Under the pieces are notes generated by a model. The model had not been told where the DNA came from. It saw only the letters and a list, made by a program, of their open reading frames with translations, and did no database searches. DNA of 64,000 bases from Gammaproteobacteria bacterium (lineage in GTDB: Bacteria > Pseudomonadota > Gammaproteobacteria > Eutrophobiales > Eutrophobiaceae): positions 3,008,001-3,072,000 of the forward strand of contig CBDCTH010000012.1 in NCBI GenBank assembly GCA_965222155.1, in the 5' to 3' direction. Below, in pieces: positions 1 to 10,009 of the stretch. Each line of letters starts with the position of its first letter. The stretch's first letter is position 1. A program made the position numbers and the translations under genes.

Positions 1-228
1 GGTCTGACCCTGAACTCCGGCATATACGGCTCCACTTTCTTCCTGCTGACCGGCTTCCACGGGTTCCACGTGACCATGGGCGCCACCATGTTGACCGTCA
101 TCCTGCTGCGCGCCATCAGGGGACATTTCACCAAGGAAAATCACTTTGCGTTTGAGGCGGTAGCCTGGTATTGGCATTTTGTTGATGTTGTCTGGCTGGG
201 CCTGTTCATTTTTGTTTACTGGTTGTAA
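1..228 (+). CDS. coxC: Cytochrome c oxidase subunit III, C-terminal part (5' end outside window)
   Basis: Frame 1 reads [27 protein letters not shown]...[21 protein letters not shown], with the TGFHGxHV and [10 protein letters not shown] motifs; SURF1/ctaA/ctaB follow. Confidence 0.95.
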   Translation, partial: GLTLNSGIYGSTFFLLTGFHGFHVTMGATMLTVILLRAIRGHFTKENHFAFEAVAWYWHFVDVVWLGLFIFVYWL

Positions 229-298
229 TCGCACTATCTCCCTGCGGGATCGGCCGCTTTCGGACAGGGCGCGGCAGCAGACAGGAAATACGGGCTAG

Positions 299-1901
299 CA
301 GTCTGTCGGACTTAGGGCCTGGATTGGGGTATAATACATAGTCTGTTTTTGTGATTACATCCTACGTTCTATAGAGGCTACGCCGATGCAAAACTTTGTT
401 CAAGGTGACCGCAATCAACCCTATCTGTTACCGCCGGATTTACGCGAGTGGTTGCCTGAGGATGATTTGGCGCATTTTGTGGTGGCGGCGGTGGAGCGGG
501 TGCCGTTGAGTCGTTTTCAGGTGAACACTCGGGGCACGGGGTCGGCGCAATACCACCCGCGCATGATGCTGGCGTTGCTGATTTACTGTTATGCGAACGG
601 TATTTTTTCCTCGCGCCGGATTGAACGTGCGACGTACCGGGATATCGGGGTGCGCTATGTGACGGCGAACACGCACCCGGACCACGATACGGTCTGCAAG
701 TTTCGGCGGGAGAATCTTGAGGCGGTACATGAGAGTTTTGTGCAGGTATTGCTGTTGGCGAAGGAATTGAAGCTGTTGACGGTGGGTCGGGTGAGTGTGG
801 ACGGAACGAAGCTGAAGGCGAATGCGAGCCGTCGGCGGAGCATTCGTTACGACCGGGCGGTGCAGTTGCGCGGTGAGGTGCAGGACTTGTTGTCTCGTGC
901 CGAGCGGGCGGATGTGAAGGCCGAGGCGGACCCGCAGCAATTGCCTGAGGGGTTGGCCCGGCGGCAGCGGTTGGAGTCACAGTTGGATGCGGCGTGTGCC
1001 CGCCTGAAGCGTCAGGCGAAGGCGCAAGCGCAAGCGGCGCAGGCCGAGTATGAACGCAAGGTGGCGGCGCGAGAGAAGCGCCGGGGGCGTGCGAAGGGGC
1101 GTCATATTAAACCCCCGGCCAAGACGCCGGAGGAGGCCACTCAAGTCAACCTGACGGATGCTGACAGTGGTCTGATGCGCAAGAACAAGCGCAGTGAATA
1201 CCAGCAGGCGTACAATGCGCAGGCGGTGGTGGATGCGGACGGCAGCCAGTTGGTGTTGGGGGCGCGGGTCAGTCAATGTGCCAGTGACCGGCGGGAGTTG
1301 GTGGCGGACGTGGCGGCGGTGTCCGAGACGGTGGGTGTGCCGACTGAGGTATTGGCGGACAACGGCTATGCGACTGAGCAGGAGGTCGACACGTTGACCG
1401 GGCGCGGGATGGAGGTGCTGGTGGCGGTCGGTGGCGGCGACCGGCGTCGGCAACATGACTTCCGCCCGCTGAGTGAGACGGCGCCACCCACCGAGTCTAA
1501 GATACCGAAGGCGCCCTGGCTGGTGGCGATGCAGGCGAAGCTGGCGCAGGCGGAACACCGGGCCAGCTATCGAGTGCGTCAGCATACGGTGGAACCGGTG
1601 TTTGGTATCATGAAACACGCCATGGGGTTTCGGCAATTTCTGTTACGCGGTCATGCCAAGGTGACGGGCGAGTGGCAATTACTGGCCCTGGCGTACAATT
1701 GCAAGCGGTTACATAACATGCAGTTGGCCTGACAGGGGGCAGACCGTGCCTGCTTGGTCATTACAGGCGCTTGGTGAGGTCTGAATACGCCAATAGCATA
1801 CATTTATATATTTATATTACGCGCAAGCAACCCTTGTCGCGATGAAAAGGCATGAATAATGGCCTGCAAACACAACCGTAGCACCCAAGTCCGACAGACT
1901 G
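299..1901 (+). mobile_element. Complete IS1182-family insertion sequence (1603 bp)
   Basis: Terminal inverted repeats CAGTCTGTCGGACTT(A/G)GG at 299 and ending 1901; CTAG on both sides (295-298, 1902-1905); single transposase ORF. Confidence 0.9.
386..1732 (+). CDS. IS1182-family DDE transposase
   Basis: 448 aa; YHPRMMLALLIYCY...SSRRIE, PDHDT, VDGTKLKANAS, TDADS, YNAQ, ADNGY, VEPVFG motifs. Confidence 0.92.
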   Translation: MQNFVQGDRNQPYLLPPDLREWLPEDDLAHFVVAAVERVPLSRFQVNTRGTGSAQYHPRMMLALLIYCYANGIFSSRRIERATYRDIGVRYVTANTHPDHDTVCKFRRENLEAVHESFVQVLLLAKELKLLTVGRVSVDGTKLKANASRRRSIRYDRAVQLRGEVQDLLSRAERADVKAEADPQQLPEGLARRQRLESQLDAACARLKRQAKAQAQAAQAEYERKVAAREKRRGRAKGRHIKPPAKTPEEATQVNLTDADSGLMRKNKRSEYQQAYNAQAVVDADGSQLVLGARVSQCASDRRELVADVAAVSETVGVPTEVLADNGYATEQEVDTLTGRGMEVLVAVGGGDRRRQHDFRPLSETAPPTESKIPKAPWLVAMQAKLAQAEHRASYRVRQHTVEPVFGIMKHAMGFRQFLLRGHAKVTGEWQLLALAYNCKRLHNMQLA

Positions 1902-1905
1902 CTAG

Positions 1906-2239
1906 CCCGGATTTCTCACCAGGTGATGCGATGATCGCGCCGGATTTTTGATGTGCGCCTTCCATGGCGCACACCCTGCGGGCATCCTGCGGATGTCCAA
2001 ATCTGCTCCTGGCAGATTTGTGCCGCCAGCGGGTGCCGGAGCCTGCCCCGTACTTGATACGGGGACCGAAAGCATAGCCGTAGTTCTGGTTGAGGGAGCA
2101 CGTGCCCGCTGGCGGCAAAAAGACAAGCGAGGGCGCATCCAGCGCAGTGGGTGATGGCAACAGAATGCTATAATCCTGATAACTCATTGACAGCAAGGTA
2201 CTTTCCGCTAATGACAAGCGAATTGGTGAGATATGCGGG
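1906..2239. mobile_element. MITE family A, long copy (334 bp) with nested hairpins
   Basis: TIRs CCCGGATTTCTCACCA / TGGTGAGATATGCGGG; CTAG at 1902-1905 and 2240-2243; homologous to 9741-9822 and, inverted, to 55581-55747. Confidence 0.75.
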
Positions 2240-2485
2240 CTAGGGAAGCGACCCGGACGGGGCCGACGGATTGATGCCGTGGGGTTTGATCAAGCCGGTG
2301 GCGAAACCGATGAACAAGAGGATAAACAGGGCGATGGACAGGACGATCCTGAGCGTGAGTGACTTTACTGTCCGGTCACTTTTGCCCTTGTCCCGGACCA
2401 GGAAAATCAGGCCTGACGCCAGGGAGATCAGGATGATTGCCAATAGTAAAATGATGGCTATTTTGAATATTGCCGCACCGCTCAT
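2240..2485 (-). CDS. Twin-transmembrane small protein (DUF2909-like) of cox clusters
   Basis: 81 aa, two hydrophobic helices, SLTLRIVLS..G.IKPHG pattern; usual position between cox3 and SURF1. Confidence 0.85.
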   Translation of the reverse strand: MSGAAIFKIAIILLLAIILISLASGLIFLVRDKGKSDRTVKSLTLRIVLSIALFILLFIGFATGLIKPHGINPSAPSGSLP

Positions 2486-2563
2486 GTCTATTCACACGTG
2501 GTTGATCAACGCCAGTATATCCTGTTTCCCCGGGTTTCGGTCGTTGTTTTGCCGGCCAGGTTA

Positions 2564-3307
2564 ATGTGCCGGCATTTCAACCCGGGTCTGTGGCCCAGTC
2601 TTGCCGGTCTTGTATTATTTCTGTTGCTCATCAGGTTGGGATTCTGGCAACTGGATCGCGCAGAGGAAAAACAGGCCCTGCAGACCCGCTACCAGGATCA
2701 GATCAGCGCTGAGCCCGTTAACCTTGGTCAGGCTGCCCGGCACAGCGGGCCGGCGCAACAAATGTATTGGCGAAAATGCTTATTGACCGGAAGCTATGAC
2801 CCGCAGGTGCTATACCTGCTGGATAACCAGGTATGGCGCGGCGTGGTGGGGTATCAGGTTTTCTCCCGATTTGTATTACCGAACGGTACTTCCGTGCTGG
2901 TTGATCGCGGTTGGGTGGCGGCCCCCGGTACCAGGAGCGAAGCCCCTGAAATTCATACCACGACTGAACCGGTGACCCTGACGGGCGTTGCCAAACCTGC
3001 GCCGGTCAGCGGCATAAGGCTGATGTCGGATGTGACTGAAAAACTGGGCGGCAACCTGGTGCGCGTTCAACGCATCGACCTGGCGCAGATCGGCGCGCAT
3101 AACAACTGGATGCTCTTGCCCTATGTGGTGCGCTTGGACCCACCCGCAACGGACGGCTTGTCCTGGAACGGGACCGCGCCCGGCTTCGGCAGGGAGAGAC
3201 ACCTGGGTTATGCCTTTCAGTGGTTTGCCCTGGCAACCACCTTGTTGGTGATCTACATTGTTGTGAATATGAAAAAACGAACAGGACCAGGGGCCGATAA
3301 CCCATGA
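2564..3307 (+). CDS. SURF1 family cytochrome oxidase assembly protein
   Basis: LGFWQLDRA, VLVDRGWV, HLGYAFQWF motifs; alternative start at 2498. Confidence 0.92.
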   Translation: MCRHFNPGLWPSLAGLVLFLLLIRLGFWQLDRAEEKQALQTRYQDQISAEPVNLGQAARHSGPAQQMYWRKCLLTGSYDPQVLYLLDNQVWRGVVGYQVFSRFVLPNGTSVLVDRGWVAAPGTRSEAPEIHTTTEPVTLTGVAKPAPVSGIRLMSDVTEKLGGNLVRVQRIDLAQIGAHNNWMLLPYVVRLDPPATDGLSWNGTAPGFGRERHLGYAFQWFALATTLLVIYIVVNMKKRTGPGADNP

Positions 3308-3906
3308 TAGCCAGGCCACGGGCAGTATTGATTTTGCTGTTTGCGGTGTTTGCGCTGCCGCCGCTGTTGTCCTGGTTCCTGTTCAATTACACGGAACTGG
3401 GCAGAGAAACGGACACCGGCGAGCACAGAACGCTGGTCGTCCCGCCCAGGCCCGTGCCTGACTGGACCGTGCTCGACATGACCGGTAAAACCCGGGTGGA
3501 AAGACGCATGCACGGCAAGTGGACCCTGGTTTACCCGTTGCGCGGGCAGTGCCGGGAAACCTGTCTCGGCAACCTGTACAAGATGCGCCAATTGCGGCTC
3601 GCTACGGGTAAATACGCCCAGCGCATACAACGGGTCGTGCTGGTGGTCGACAATGACCGGCGCGCCCTGACGACAGATCAGTTGCTGCACTATCCCGGTC
3701 AACTGGTACTGTTCCCGGAGAACATGGGCACCGGCAGTCTGGAGTCCCTGTTCAAGATCGGGGCTGACGACCGCCCGTTTACACATGGGCGGCTGTACCT
3801 CATTGATCCATTGGGCAACCTGATGATGAGTTATGCCGCAGAGACCGCGCCGAAAGGGATTATCAAGGATTTAACCCGGTTACTGAAGTACTCCCGGATT
3901 GGATGA
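3304..3906 (+). CDS. Conserved cox-cluster membrane-anchored thioredoxin-like protein
   Basis: 200 aa, N-terminal TM, CxxxC (CRETC), C-terminal LIDPLGNLMMSY...[12 protein letters not shown]; overlaps both neighbours. Confidence 0.75.
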   Translation: MIARPRAVLILLFAVFALPPLLSWFLFNYTELGRETDTGEHRTLVVPPRPVPDWTVLDMTGKTRVERRMHGKWTLVYPLRGQCRETCLGNLYKMRQLRLATGKYAQRIQRVVLVVDNDRRALTTDQLLHYPGQLVLFPENMGTGSLESLFKIGADDRPFTHGRLYLIDPLGNLMMSYAAETAPKGIIKDLTRLLKYSRIG

Positions 3907-4892
3907 ACAGCCCGCATTTCCTGACGCTCACGATAGTCTCCTTCCTGCTGGCATTTTGCGTGGTTGTCCTGGGCGCGTATGTGCGCCTGTCTGACGCCGG
4001 CCTGGGATGTCCCGACTGGCCCGGTTGTTACGGGGAGCTGTTTGTTACGGCAGATATGCAAGTTACTGCTGCGGAGCCGACGCACCAGGTCCGGCCGTTA
4101 AATATGGATAAAGCAGTAAAGGAAATGGTTCACCGTTATGCCGCAGGGATATTGGGCATCCTGATCTTACTGTTAATGCTACTCTCCTGGCGCCTGGGGC
4201 ACAGGGAAAAGATCACCTGCAGCATTCTGCTCGGCCTGGTTGCAGCGCAGGCATTACTGGGGATGTGGACGGTAACCGAGCTGCTCAAACCCCTTATCGT
4301 TGCCGCCCATTTGCTGGGGGGAATGCTGATCCTGGGTCTGCTCTACTGGCTCATACTCAGGCAATTGCCGCGCGCCGGAACGCGCTCGGGACAACGCTCA
4401 CGACTGGACAGACTGGTGCTTGCAGGACTGGCCGTTGTCGCCCTGCAGATATTCTCAGGTGGCTGGACCAGCGCCAATTATGCCGCGCTGGCGTGCCCTG
4501 AATTTCCTTCCTGCCGTGACGGGCTGTGGTGGCCCGAGACGGATTTCAAGGAGGCATTTACCATCTGGCGTGAAGGCCGGCTGGATTATGAAGGCGGGAT
4601 ACTGGACGCGCCGGCGAGAACGGCGATACACCTGACTCACAGGCTGGGAGCAGCGCTGACTTTTCTCGTCATATTTTACCTGGCGCTGTGCAGCCTTGGC
4701 AGGACCGAACGGACAGTGCGTCTGACCGCGTCCATCCTGTTATGTGTCCTGTGCCTGCAGGTGTCCCTGGGAATAGCCAACGTGCTGCTGCGCTTGCCCC
4801 TGCCCGTTGCCGTGGCACATAATTCCGTCGCCGCGTTGTTGGTGTTATCATTATTGACCTTATACTGGTACACGCAGGACAGCCGGGATTAA
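3903..4892 (+). CDS. ctaA: Heme A synthase (COX15/CtaA)
   Basis: [17 protein letters not shown] and HLTHR motifs; multiple TM helices. Confidence 0.93.
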   Translation: MNSPHFLTLTIVSFLLAFCVVVLGAYVRLSDAGLGCPDWPGCYGELFVTADMQVTAAEPTHQVRPLNMDKAVKEMVHRYAAGILGILILLLMLLSWRLGHREKITCSILLGLVAAQALLGMWTVTELLKPLIVAAHLLGGMLILGLLYWLILRQLPRAGTRSGQRSRLDRLVLAGLAVVALQIFSGGWTSANYAALACPEFPSCRDGLWWPETDFKEAFTIWREGRLDYEGGILDAPARTAIHLTHRLGAALTFLVIFYLALCSLGRTERTVRLTASILLCVLCLQVSLGIANVLLRLPLPVAVAHNSVAALLVLSLLTLYWYTQDSRD

Positions 4893-5785
4893 TGACAGCG
4901 ATGATTTCTACATGGCGAGATTACATCGCATTATGCAAGCCGAAAATAGTCTGTCTGATCGTGTTCACCGCGCTGGTGGGCATGTTGCTGGCGACGCCCG
5001 GCACGGTGGCTGCGCCCCTGCTGATTTCCGCATTACTGGGCATTGGTCTGGCCGCGGCGTCCGCCGCGGCGATAAATCATATTGTTGACCGGAAAGTAGA
5101 CGCGCTCATGGCCCGAACGCTGAAGCGCCCGCTACCGAGGGGCAATCTTTCTGCGCGCCAGGCGATAATTTTCGCCGCTGTTCTCTGTGTCGTTTCCATG
5201 CTGATTCTCAGTCTTTATGTGAACGCATTGACAGCGCTGCTGACTTTTGTCTCACTGATAGGTTACGGTGTGATCTATTCCATGTTTTTAAAGCGCGCCA
5301 CACCGCAAAATATCGTAATCGGTGGTGCTGCGGGCGCCGCCCCGCCGGTGCTTGGCTGGACTGCCGTAAGCAACAGCCTGGACCCCCATGCACTGCTGTT
5401 GTTCCTGATCATTTTTGCCTGGACGCCGCCACATTTCTGGGCCCTGGCCATAGCCAGGCGCAAGGACTACGAGAACGCAGATATCCCCATGTTGCCGGTA
5501 ACCCATGGGCTTGATTTCACGCGCCTGCACATATTGTTATATACGCTGCTCCTGTTTATTGTCACCTTGTTGCCGTATCTCACCGGAATGAGCGGCATCA
5601 CCTATCTGCTGGGCGCGCTGACGCTGGGCAGCGGATTTCTCTATTTTACCGTAAAACTGCTGAGAACGGCGGAAGAAGCCACGGCCATGCGCACCTTCAG
5701 CTATTCAATCTGGTATTTAATGGGGCTCTTTGCAGTCTTGCTGGCGGACCATTATATTCCCGTGCTGACGCGCCTGATCCCGTAG
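4892..5785 (+). CDS. ctaB: Protoheme IX farnesyltransferase (heme O synthase)
   Basis: [20 protein letters not shown] and [10 protein letters not shown] motifs. Confidence 0.95.
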   Translation: MTAMISTWRDYIALCKPKIVCLIVFTALVGMLLATPGTVAAPLLISALLGIGLAAASAAAINHIVDRKVDALMARTLKRPLPRGNLSARQAIIFAAVLCVVSMLILSLYVNALTALLTFVSLIGYGVIYSMFLKRATPQNIVIGGAAGAAPPVLGWTAVSNSLDPHALLLFLIIFAWTPPHFWALAIARRKDYENADIPMLPVTHGLDFTRLHILLYTLLLFIVTLLPYLTGMSGITYLLGALTLGSGFLYFTVKLLRTAEEATAMRTFSYSIWYLMGLFAVLLADHYIPVLTRLIP

Positions 5786-5811
5786 GCTGCCCGCGGGAAA
5801 CACCTACCAGG

Positions 5812-6663
5812 TCAATCAGCGAAAGCGAGGCGCATTTTTTTCATTGCATTCACCTCAAGCTGGCGGATACGTTCCGCGGAGACGCCGTATTCCGCTGCCA
5901 GGCTATGCAATGTGGCCTTATCCTCATTTAACCAGCGCTGCCGGATAATTTCCTGGCTGCGATCATCCAATGACAGTAAGGCTGAGCTCAGTTTTTTCCG
6001 GTTCACCTGGTCGACCTGGGCCATTGCCAGTTGTTCTTCAGGGGACGCGCGCCCATCTTCAAGATATCCGGCCGGACTGAAGCTCTCGTTCTCCGGGTTA
6101 CCTTCAACGGGGCCGTCAAAAGATGCGTCGAAGACATTTAGCCGCTTTTCCATTTCCATCACGTCATTGGCGCTTACACCCAAATCCCGGGCAACGGCAT
6201 TTACCTCTTCCTGATTCATCCAGCCCAGCCGTTTTTTGCTTGACCGCAGGTTAAAGAAAAGTTTGCGCTGCGCCTTGGTCGTCGCGACTTTGACAATGCG
6301 CCAGTTGCGCAGGATGAATTCGTGCATTTCCGCGCGGATCCAGTGAACCGCAAAGGAAACCAGGCGCACACCCAGTTCCGGGTTAAAGCGTTTCACCGCT
6401 TTCATCAAACCGATATTTCCTTCCTGGATCAGGTCTGCCAGAGGCAGGCCATAGCCGCGGTAGCCGCGCGCGACCCGGACGACAAAACGCAGGTGAGACA
6501 TAACCAGTTGCCGTGCCGCATCGAGATCATGGTTGTCATGTAAGCAGTGGGCCAGGGTCTGTTCTTCTTCTGCGCTGAGCATGGGAATCTCGTTCACCGC
6601 ATGTATATACGCTTCGATAGAACCGGTTGGCAGTGCCGGTTGCAGGGCGACGATGTTATTCAT
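5812..6663 (-). CDS. rpoH: RNA polymerase sigma-32 factor
   Basis: RpoH box [23 protein letters not shown]; downstream of ftsX. Confidence 0.97.
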   Translation of the reverse strand: MNNIVALQPALPTGSIEAYIHAVNEIPMLSAEEEQTLAHCLHDNHDLDAARQLVMSHLRFVVRVARGYRGYGLPLADLIQEGNIGLMKAVKRFNPELGVRLVSFAVHWIRAEMHEFILRNWRIVKVATTKAQRKLFFNLRSSKKRLGWMNQEEVNAVARDLGVSANDVMEMEKRLNVFDASFDGPVEGNPENESFSPAGYLEDGRASPEEQLAMAQVDQVNRKKLSSALLSLDDRSQEIIRQRWLNEDKATLHSLAAEYGVSAERIRQLEVNAMKKMRLAFAD

Positions 6664-6696
6664 AAAAATACCTCCACAAGCAGATTTAACACTATT

Positions 6697-6723
6697 TTAG
6701 CACTCTTATTATTAGAGTGCTAA
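6697..6723. promoter_or_regulatory. CIRCE element (HrcA operator) upstream of rpoH
   Basis: Perfect TTAGCACTC-N9-GAGTGCTAA just upstream of the rpoH start. Confidence 0.92.
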
Positions 6724-6811
6724 AAATATATTATGTTCCGGGCGCAGTGTCGTGCAGGAACTGTGTTATTCGATAGGTGTGGCGGGACTTCAGATCGGGC
6801 CAAAAGTGCCG

Positions 6812-7834
6812 TTATATGGGATCGATCGCGCGCAGGTGGCGTTTTACTGACAACCATGAACCGATAAGCCCCAATCCGGCGCCGATCAGTATCAGGGTGA
6901 AAACCTCTCTGGCGCTCAGGGAAACCAGAATAAAACGACTGCCGTATAATTCTGCCAGCCTGGCGACCGGATCATGTAATACAAGCATGGAAACCTCAAG
7001 CATAAGCCATGCGAGCAGGCTGCCGGCAGTACCGTGGAGCATGCCTGAGTAAAGAAAAGGCCGGGTAATGAATGCATCGGTGGCGCCGAATAATTTCTGG
7101 ATTTCAATTTCCTGGCGGCGGTTATGTACGGCCATCCGTATTGTGTTGCCTACTACCAGGATCACGGCGCCGGCGAACAGGACGGCGACTATCATTACCG
7201 TGCGTTGGAAAACCTCGATGATCTGGTGTAACCGCTGTGCCCATTGCCAGTCGAACTGGCCGGAATCCACCTCCGGCAGGGATTGTAATGTTGCAAGCAG
7301 GTCTTTGTTGTGTGAAGCCGTGATGGCCAGTGCCTGCGGTCGAATAATGAGCACGAAAGGCAAGGGGTTTTGGCCGAGGGCTTCCAATGCCGCGGCAAAA
7401 CCGGAGTTCTGTTTATACTCATCCAGGGCGCTCTCAGGACTGATTACGTCCACTTCGTAGATATCTGTTCGTTCTCTCAGCCGAAGCGCCAGGGCGCGGG
7501 CATGCGTTTCATCGATATCGGGGGACAGGAACAGGGATATGTGAGAGGCGGCGTCCAGGTGGGAGGTGACCCGCTGGACATTTTCCAGGAGAGCATAAAA
7601 GCCGGCCGGTAGTGCCAGGGAGATACCAATGACGCAGGCGCTTAACAGCGTACCCGCCGGGTTTTTATACAGCTGTCCCAGACTGAAAAAAAAAGCTCGG
7701 ACGTGTTGCAGCAACCAGTGACTGAGGCGACCACCGGCCGCCGCCGGTATGTTTCTGCCGGTCTGCTTTTTCATTCCCGTTGGACCCTGCGTCCGGGATT
7801 GCCGGTCGGGTCGTGTGTGCTGTGGTTTAGTCAT
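6812..7834 (-). CDS. ftsX: Cell division permease FtsX
   Basis: GQNPLP, VGNTIR...EIEIQKLFGATDAFITRPFLY; ftsYEX-rpoH synteny; start uncertain. Confidence 0.93.
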   Translation of the reverse strand: MTKPQHTRPDRQSRTQGPTGMKKQTGRNIPAAAGGRLSHWLLQHVRAFFFSLGQLYKNPAGTLLSACVIGISLALPAGFYALLENVQRVTSHLDAASHISLFLSPDIDETHARALALRLRERTDIYEVDVISPESALDEYKQNSGFAAALEALGQNPLPFVLIIRPQALAITASHNKDLLATLQSLPEVDSGQFDWQWAQRLHQIIEVFQRTVMIVAVLFAGAVILVVGNTIRMAVHNRRQEIEIQKLFGATDAFITRPFLYSGMLHGTAGSLLAWLMLEVSMLVLHDPVARLAELYGSRFILVSLSAREVFTLILIGAGLGLIGSWLSVKRHLRAIDPI

Positions 7835-7942
7835 GCCGGGGTACAGATCGCGCCACAGCCGGTCACGAGCAGGATGAAAGCAGCACGTGATCCTGCGGAC
7901 GCACAGGGGGTGTTGTTACGGCAGCCGGTGCTTTCTGACATT

Positions 7943-8632
7943 TTATAGAGGGGGCTCATTCCGTTCCGGCTGTATCCCGTCAGGGAGCAGGCAGCCGTCT
8001 TGCAGGACAATGGTTTTTTTATTCATTTTTTCAATCGTGGCGAGGTCATGGCTGGCAATCAGTACGGTGACGCCAACCTGGTTGAACAATTCGAATAACT
8101 TCATCGTTTCCCAGGACAGGGCCGGGTCCAGGTTCCCGGTGGGTTCATCGCCGAGCAGCAGTGCGGGCCGATGGACTACAGCCCGGGCAATACCCACACG
8201 CTGTTGCTCTCCCGTGGACAGTGCAGTTGGTAAAATCCGTTCCTTCGCCAACAGGCCGACCTTTTCCAGGACGGCATGTGTACGTTTTTTAATGTCCTGG
8301 TAGCGATAGCCGGCGATGGTCAAAGGCAGGGCGACATTATCAAAAACACTGCGTTCATTCAATAACCGGTGTTCCTGGAACATGAAGCCGATATTGCGTC
8401 GGTAAAGCGGAATTCGCCTGCCGGAGAGGCGCGCCAGATTTTGTCCGTTGACGATTACCTGGCCGCGGGAATGCCGCTCCGCGAGCGCAATCAGGCGTAA
8501 CAGGGTTGTTTTTCCGGCGCCGGAATGGCCGGTCAGATAGACCATTTCGCCCTTCTCTACATGCAGGTTGATATTCTTCAGGGCGTCTTTGCCGCCGGAG
8601 TAACGCATGTAAACATCGGTAAACTGGATCAT
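7943..8632 (-). CDS. ftsE: Cell division ATP-binding protein FtsE
   Basis: Walker A GHSGAGKT, LSTGEQQRVGIARA, DEPTGNLD. Confidence 0.95.
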   Translation of the reverse strand: MIQFTDVYMRYSGGKDALKNINLHVEKGEMVYLTGHSGAGKTTLLRLIALAERHSRGQVIVNGQNLARLSGRRIPLYRRNIGFMFQEHRLLNERSVFDNVALPLTIAGYRYQDIKKRTHAVLEKVGLLAKERILPTALSTGEQQRVGIARAVVHRPALLLGDEPTGNLDPALSWETMKLFELFNQVGVTVLIASHDLATIEKMNKKTIVLQDGCLLPDGIQPERNEPPL

Positions 8633-9576
8633 GAACGTAAACCCAGTAAGGCGCGCACGAAGTGATCAGCATTGAAGGGTTGAAGATCATCAATGGTTTC
8701 ACCGACGCCGATATAGCGGATGGGTAACGCAAGTTGTTGCGCCAGCGCAAAGGCCATCCCTCCTTTTGCCGTGCCATCGAGTTTGGTCAGAACCACACCG
8801 GTTACCTGAACGGCCTGTTGAAACCGTTGTGCCTGCACAATGGCGTTCATTCCGGTGCCGGCGTCCACCACCAGTAACGATTCCACCACAATCCGCGCAT
8901 CAAATTTATGCACGGCGCGATAGATTTTTTTCAATTCCTCCATCAGGTTATTCTTGTTATGTAAACGTCCGGCAGTGTCGGCAATGACGATGTCCGTTCC
9001 CCGGGCAACAGCTGCCTGCAGTGCGTCGTACAAGACTGCGGCGGCGTCTGCGCCCGGCTGTTGCGCTATCACCGGGGCGTCGACGCGGGTTCCCCAATGT
9101 TGAATCTGTTCAATGGCGGCAGCCCTGAAGGTATCCCCGGCCGCAAGCATTACCGAGTATCCGTCCTGTTGCAGAAGATGAGCCAGTTTTCCAATAGTTG
9201 TCGTTTTGCCGACGCCATTGACGCCGACAACCAGAATCACGAAAGGCTTTTTTTCGGGAACTGTCAAGGGCTGCTCGGCTCGGTTGAGGGCGGACACCAT
9301 GCTGTCGTGCAGGACAGATAACACATCGGGTTGCTCGGCCGCGCGCTGCTTCAAGGTTTTCTCAAGGTCGGACAGGATCCCGGCAGAGGTTTCGACACCG
9401 ATATCTGCACTTATCAACTGCCTTTCAAGCTCCTCGAGCAGTGTCTTGTCAAGAGTCGATTTCCCTTTGAACAGCCCGGCCCTTCCGCCCAGTAAACGGT
9501 CACGGGTTTTCTCCAGCCCTTTAGCCAGGCGCTGAAAAAATTTTCCTCCTGAAGAATGTCCTGTTGTCGCGCTCAT
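8629..9576 (-). CDS. ftsY: SRP receptor FtsY (short form without long acidic domain)
   Basis: GVNGVGKTTTIGKLA, DTFRAAA, DTAGR, TKLDGTAKGG; start set at MSATTG because the longer ORF begins inside a MITE. Confidence 0.95.
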   Translation of the reverse strand: MSATTGHSSGGKFFQRLAKGLEKTRDRLLGGRAGLFKGKSTLDKTLLEELERQLISADIGVETSAGILSDLEKTLKQRAAEQPDVLSVLHDSMVSALNRAEQPLTVPEKKPFVILVVGVNGVGKTTTIGKLAHLLQQDGYSVMLAAGDTFRAAAIEQIQHWGTRVDAPVIAQQPGADAAAVLYDALQAAVARGTDIVIADTAGRLHNKNNLMEELKKIYRAVHKFDARIVVESLLVVDAGTGMNAIVQAQRFQQAVQVTGVVLTKLDGTAKGGMAFALAQQLALPIRYIGVGETIDDLQPFNADHFVRALLGLRS

Positions 9577-9740
9577 AACCGTTGAGTTGTTGCAGGGTAT
9601 AGTCGTAAACCTGTCATGGGAACGACTCAGGTAACAGGGCCCGGCAGTCCTTTGCCGATTAACCGTGATGCCTTTAGCTGGCGTACTGTGTCCCTGACAC
9701 AGATAAGGTAACATGGTAGCGTGACAGAAATCCATCCCAG

Positions 9741-9822
9741 CTCGCATTTCCATTACTAGTAGATGCGATGATCGCGCAGGATTTTAGATGTGCGCCTTCC
9801 TTGGCGCGTCAACGGGTGCGGG
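9741..9822. repeat. MITE family A, short internally deleted copy
   Basis: Shares GATGCGATGATCGCGC.GGATTTT.GATGTGCGCCTTCC.TGGCGC with the 1906 copy; ends TGCGGG-CTAG. Confidence 0.65.
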
Positions 9823-10009
9823 CTAGTCTATTCCGGATGTTGTTGTCATTCACCACATCGCCCCGGGGCAGGCTCCGACCGTTACATGCAGGGGGGCGCA
9901 ACTGCTGCTATCCGTACCGGCAACAAAGTGGTATAATTATCATAACTTATTGAAAGAAAAACAGTTTCCGATGATAGCAAGTGAATTTCCGAGCACTATG
10001 GGCGGCATC

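Noticed and set aside
378-1636. Long antisense or alternate-frame ORFs over the transposase and other genes
   Set aside because: Shadow ORFs typical of GC-rich coding DNA, with no recognisable motifs.
1804-2217. Several overlapping short ORFs, or a possible ncRNA
   Set aside because: Explained by a TIR-bounded element with CTAG flanks and dispersed copies; no RNA family recognised.
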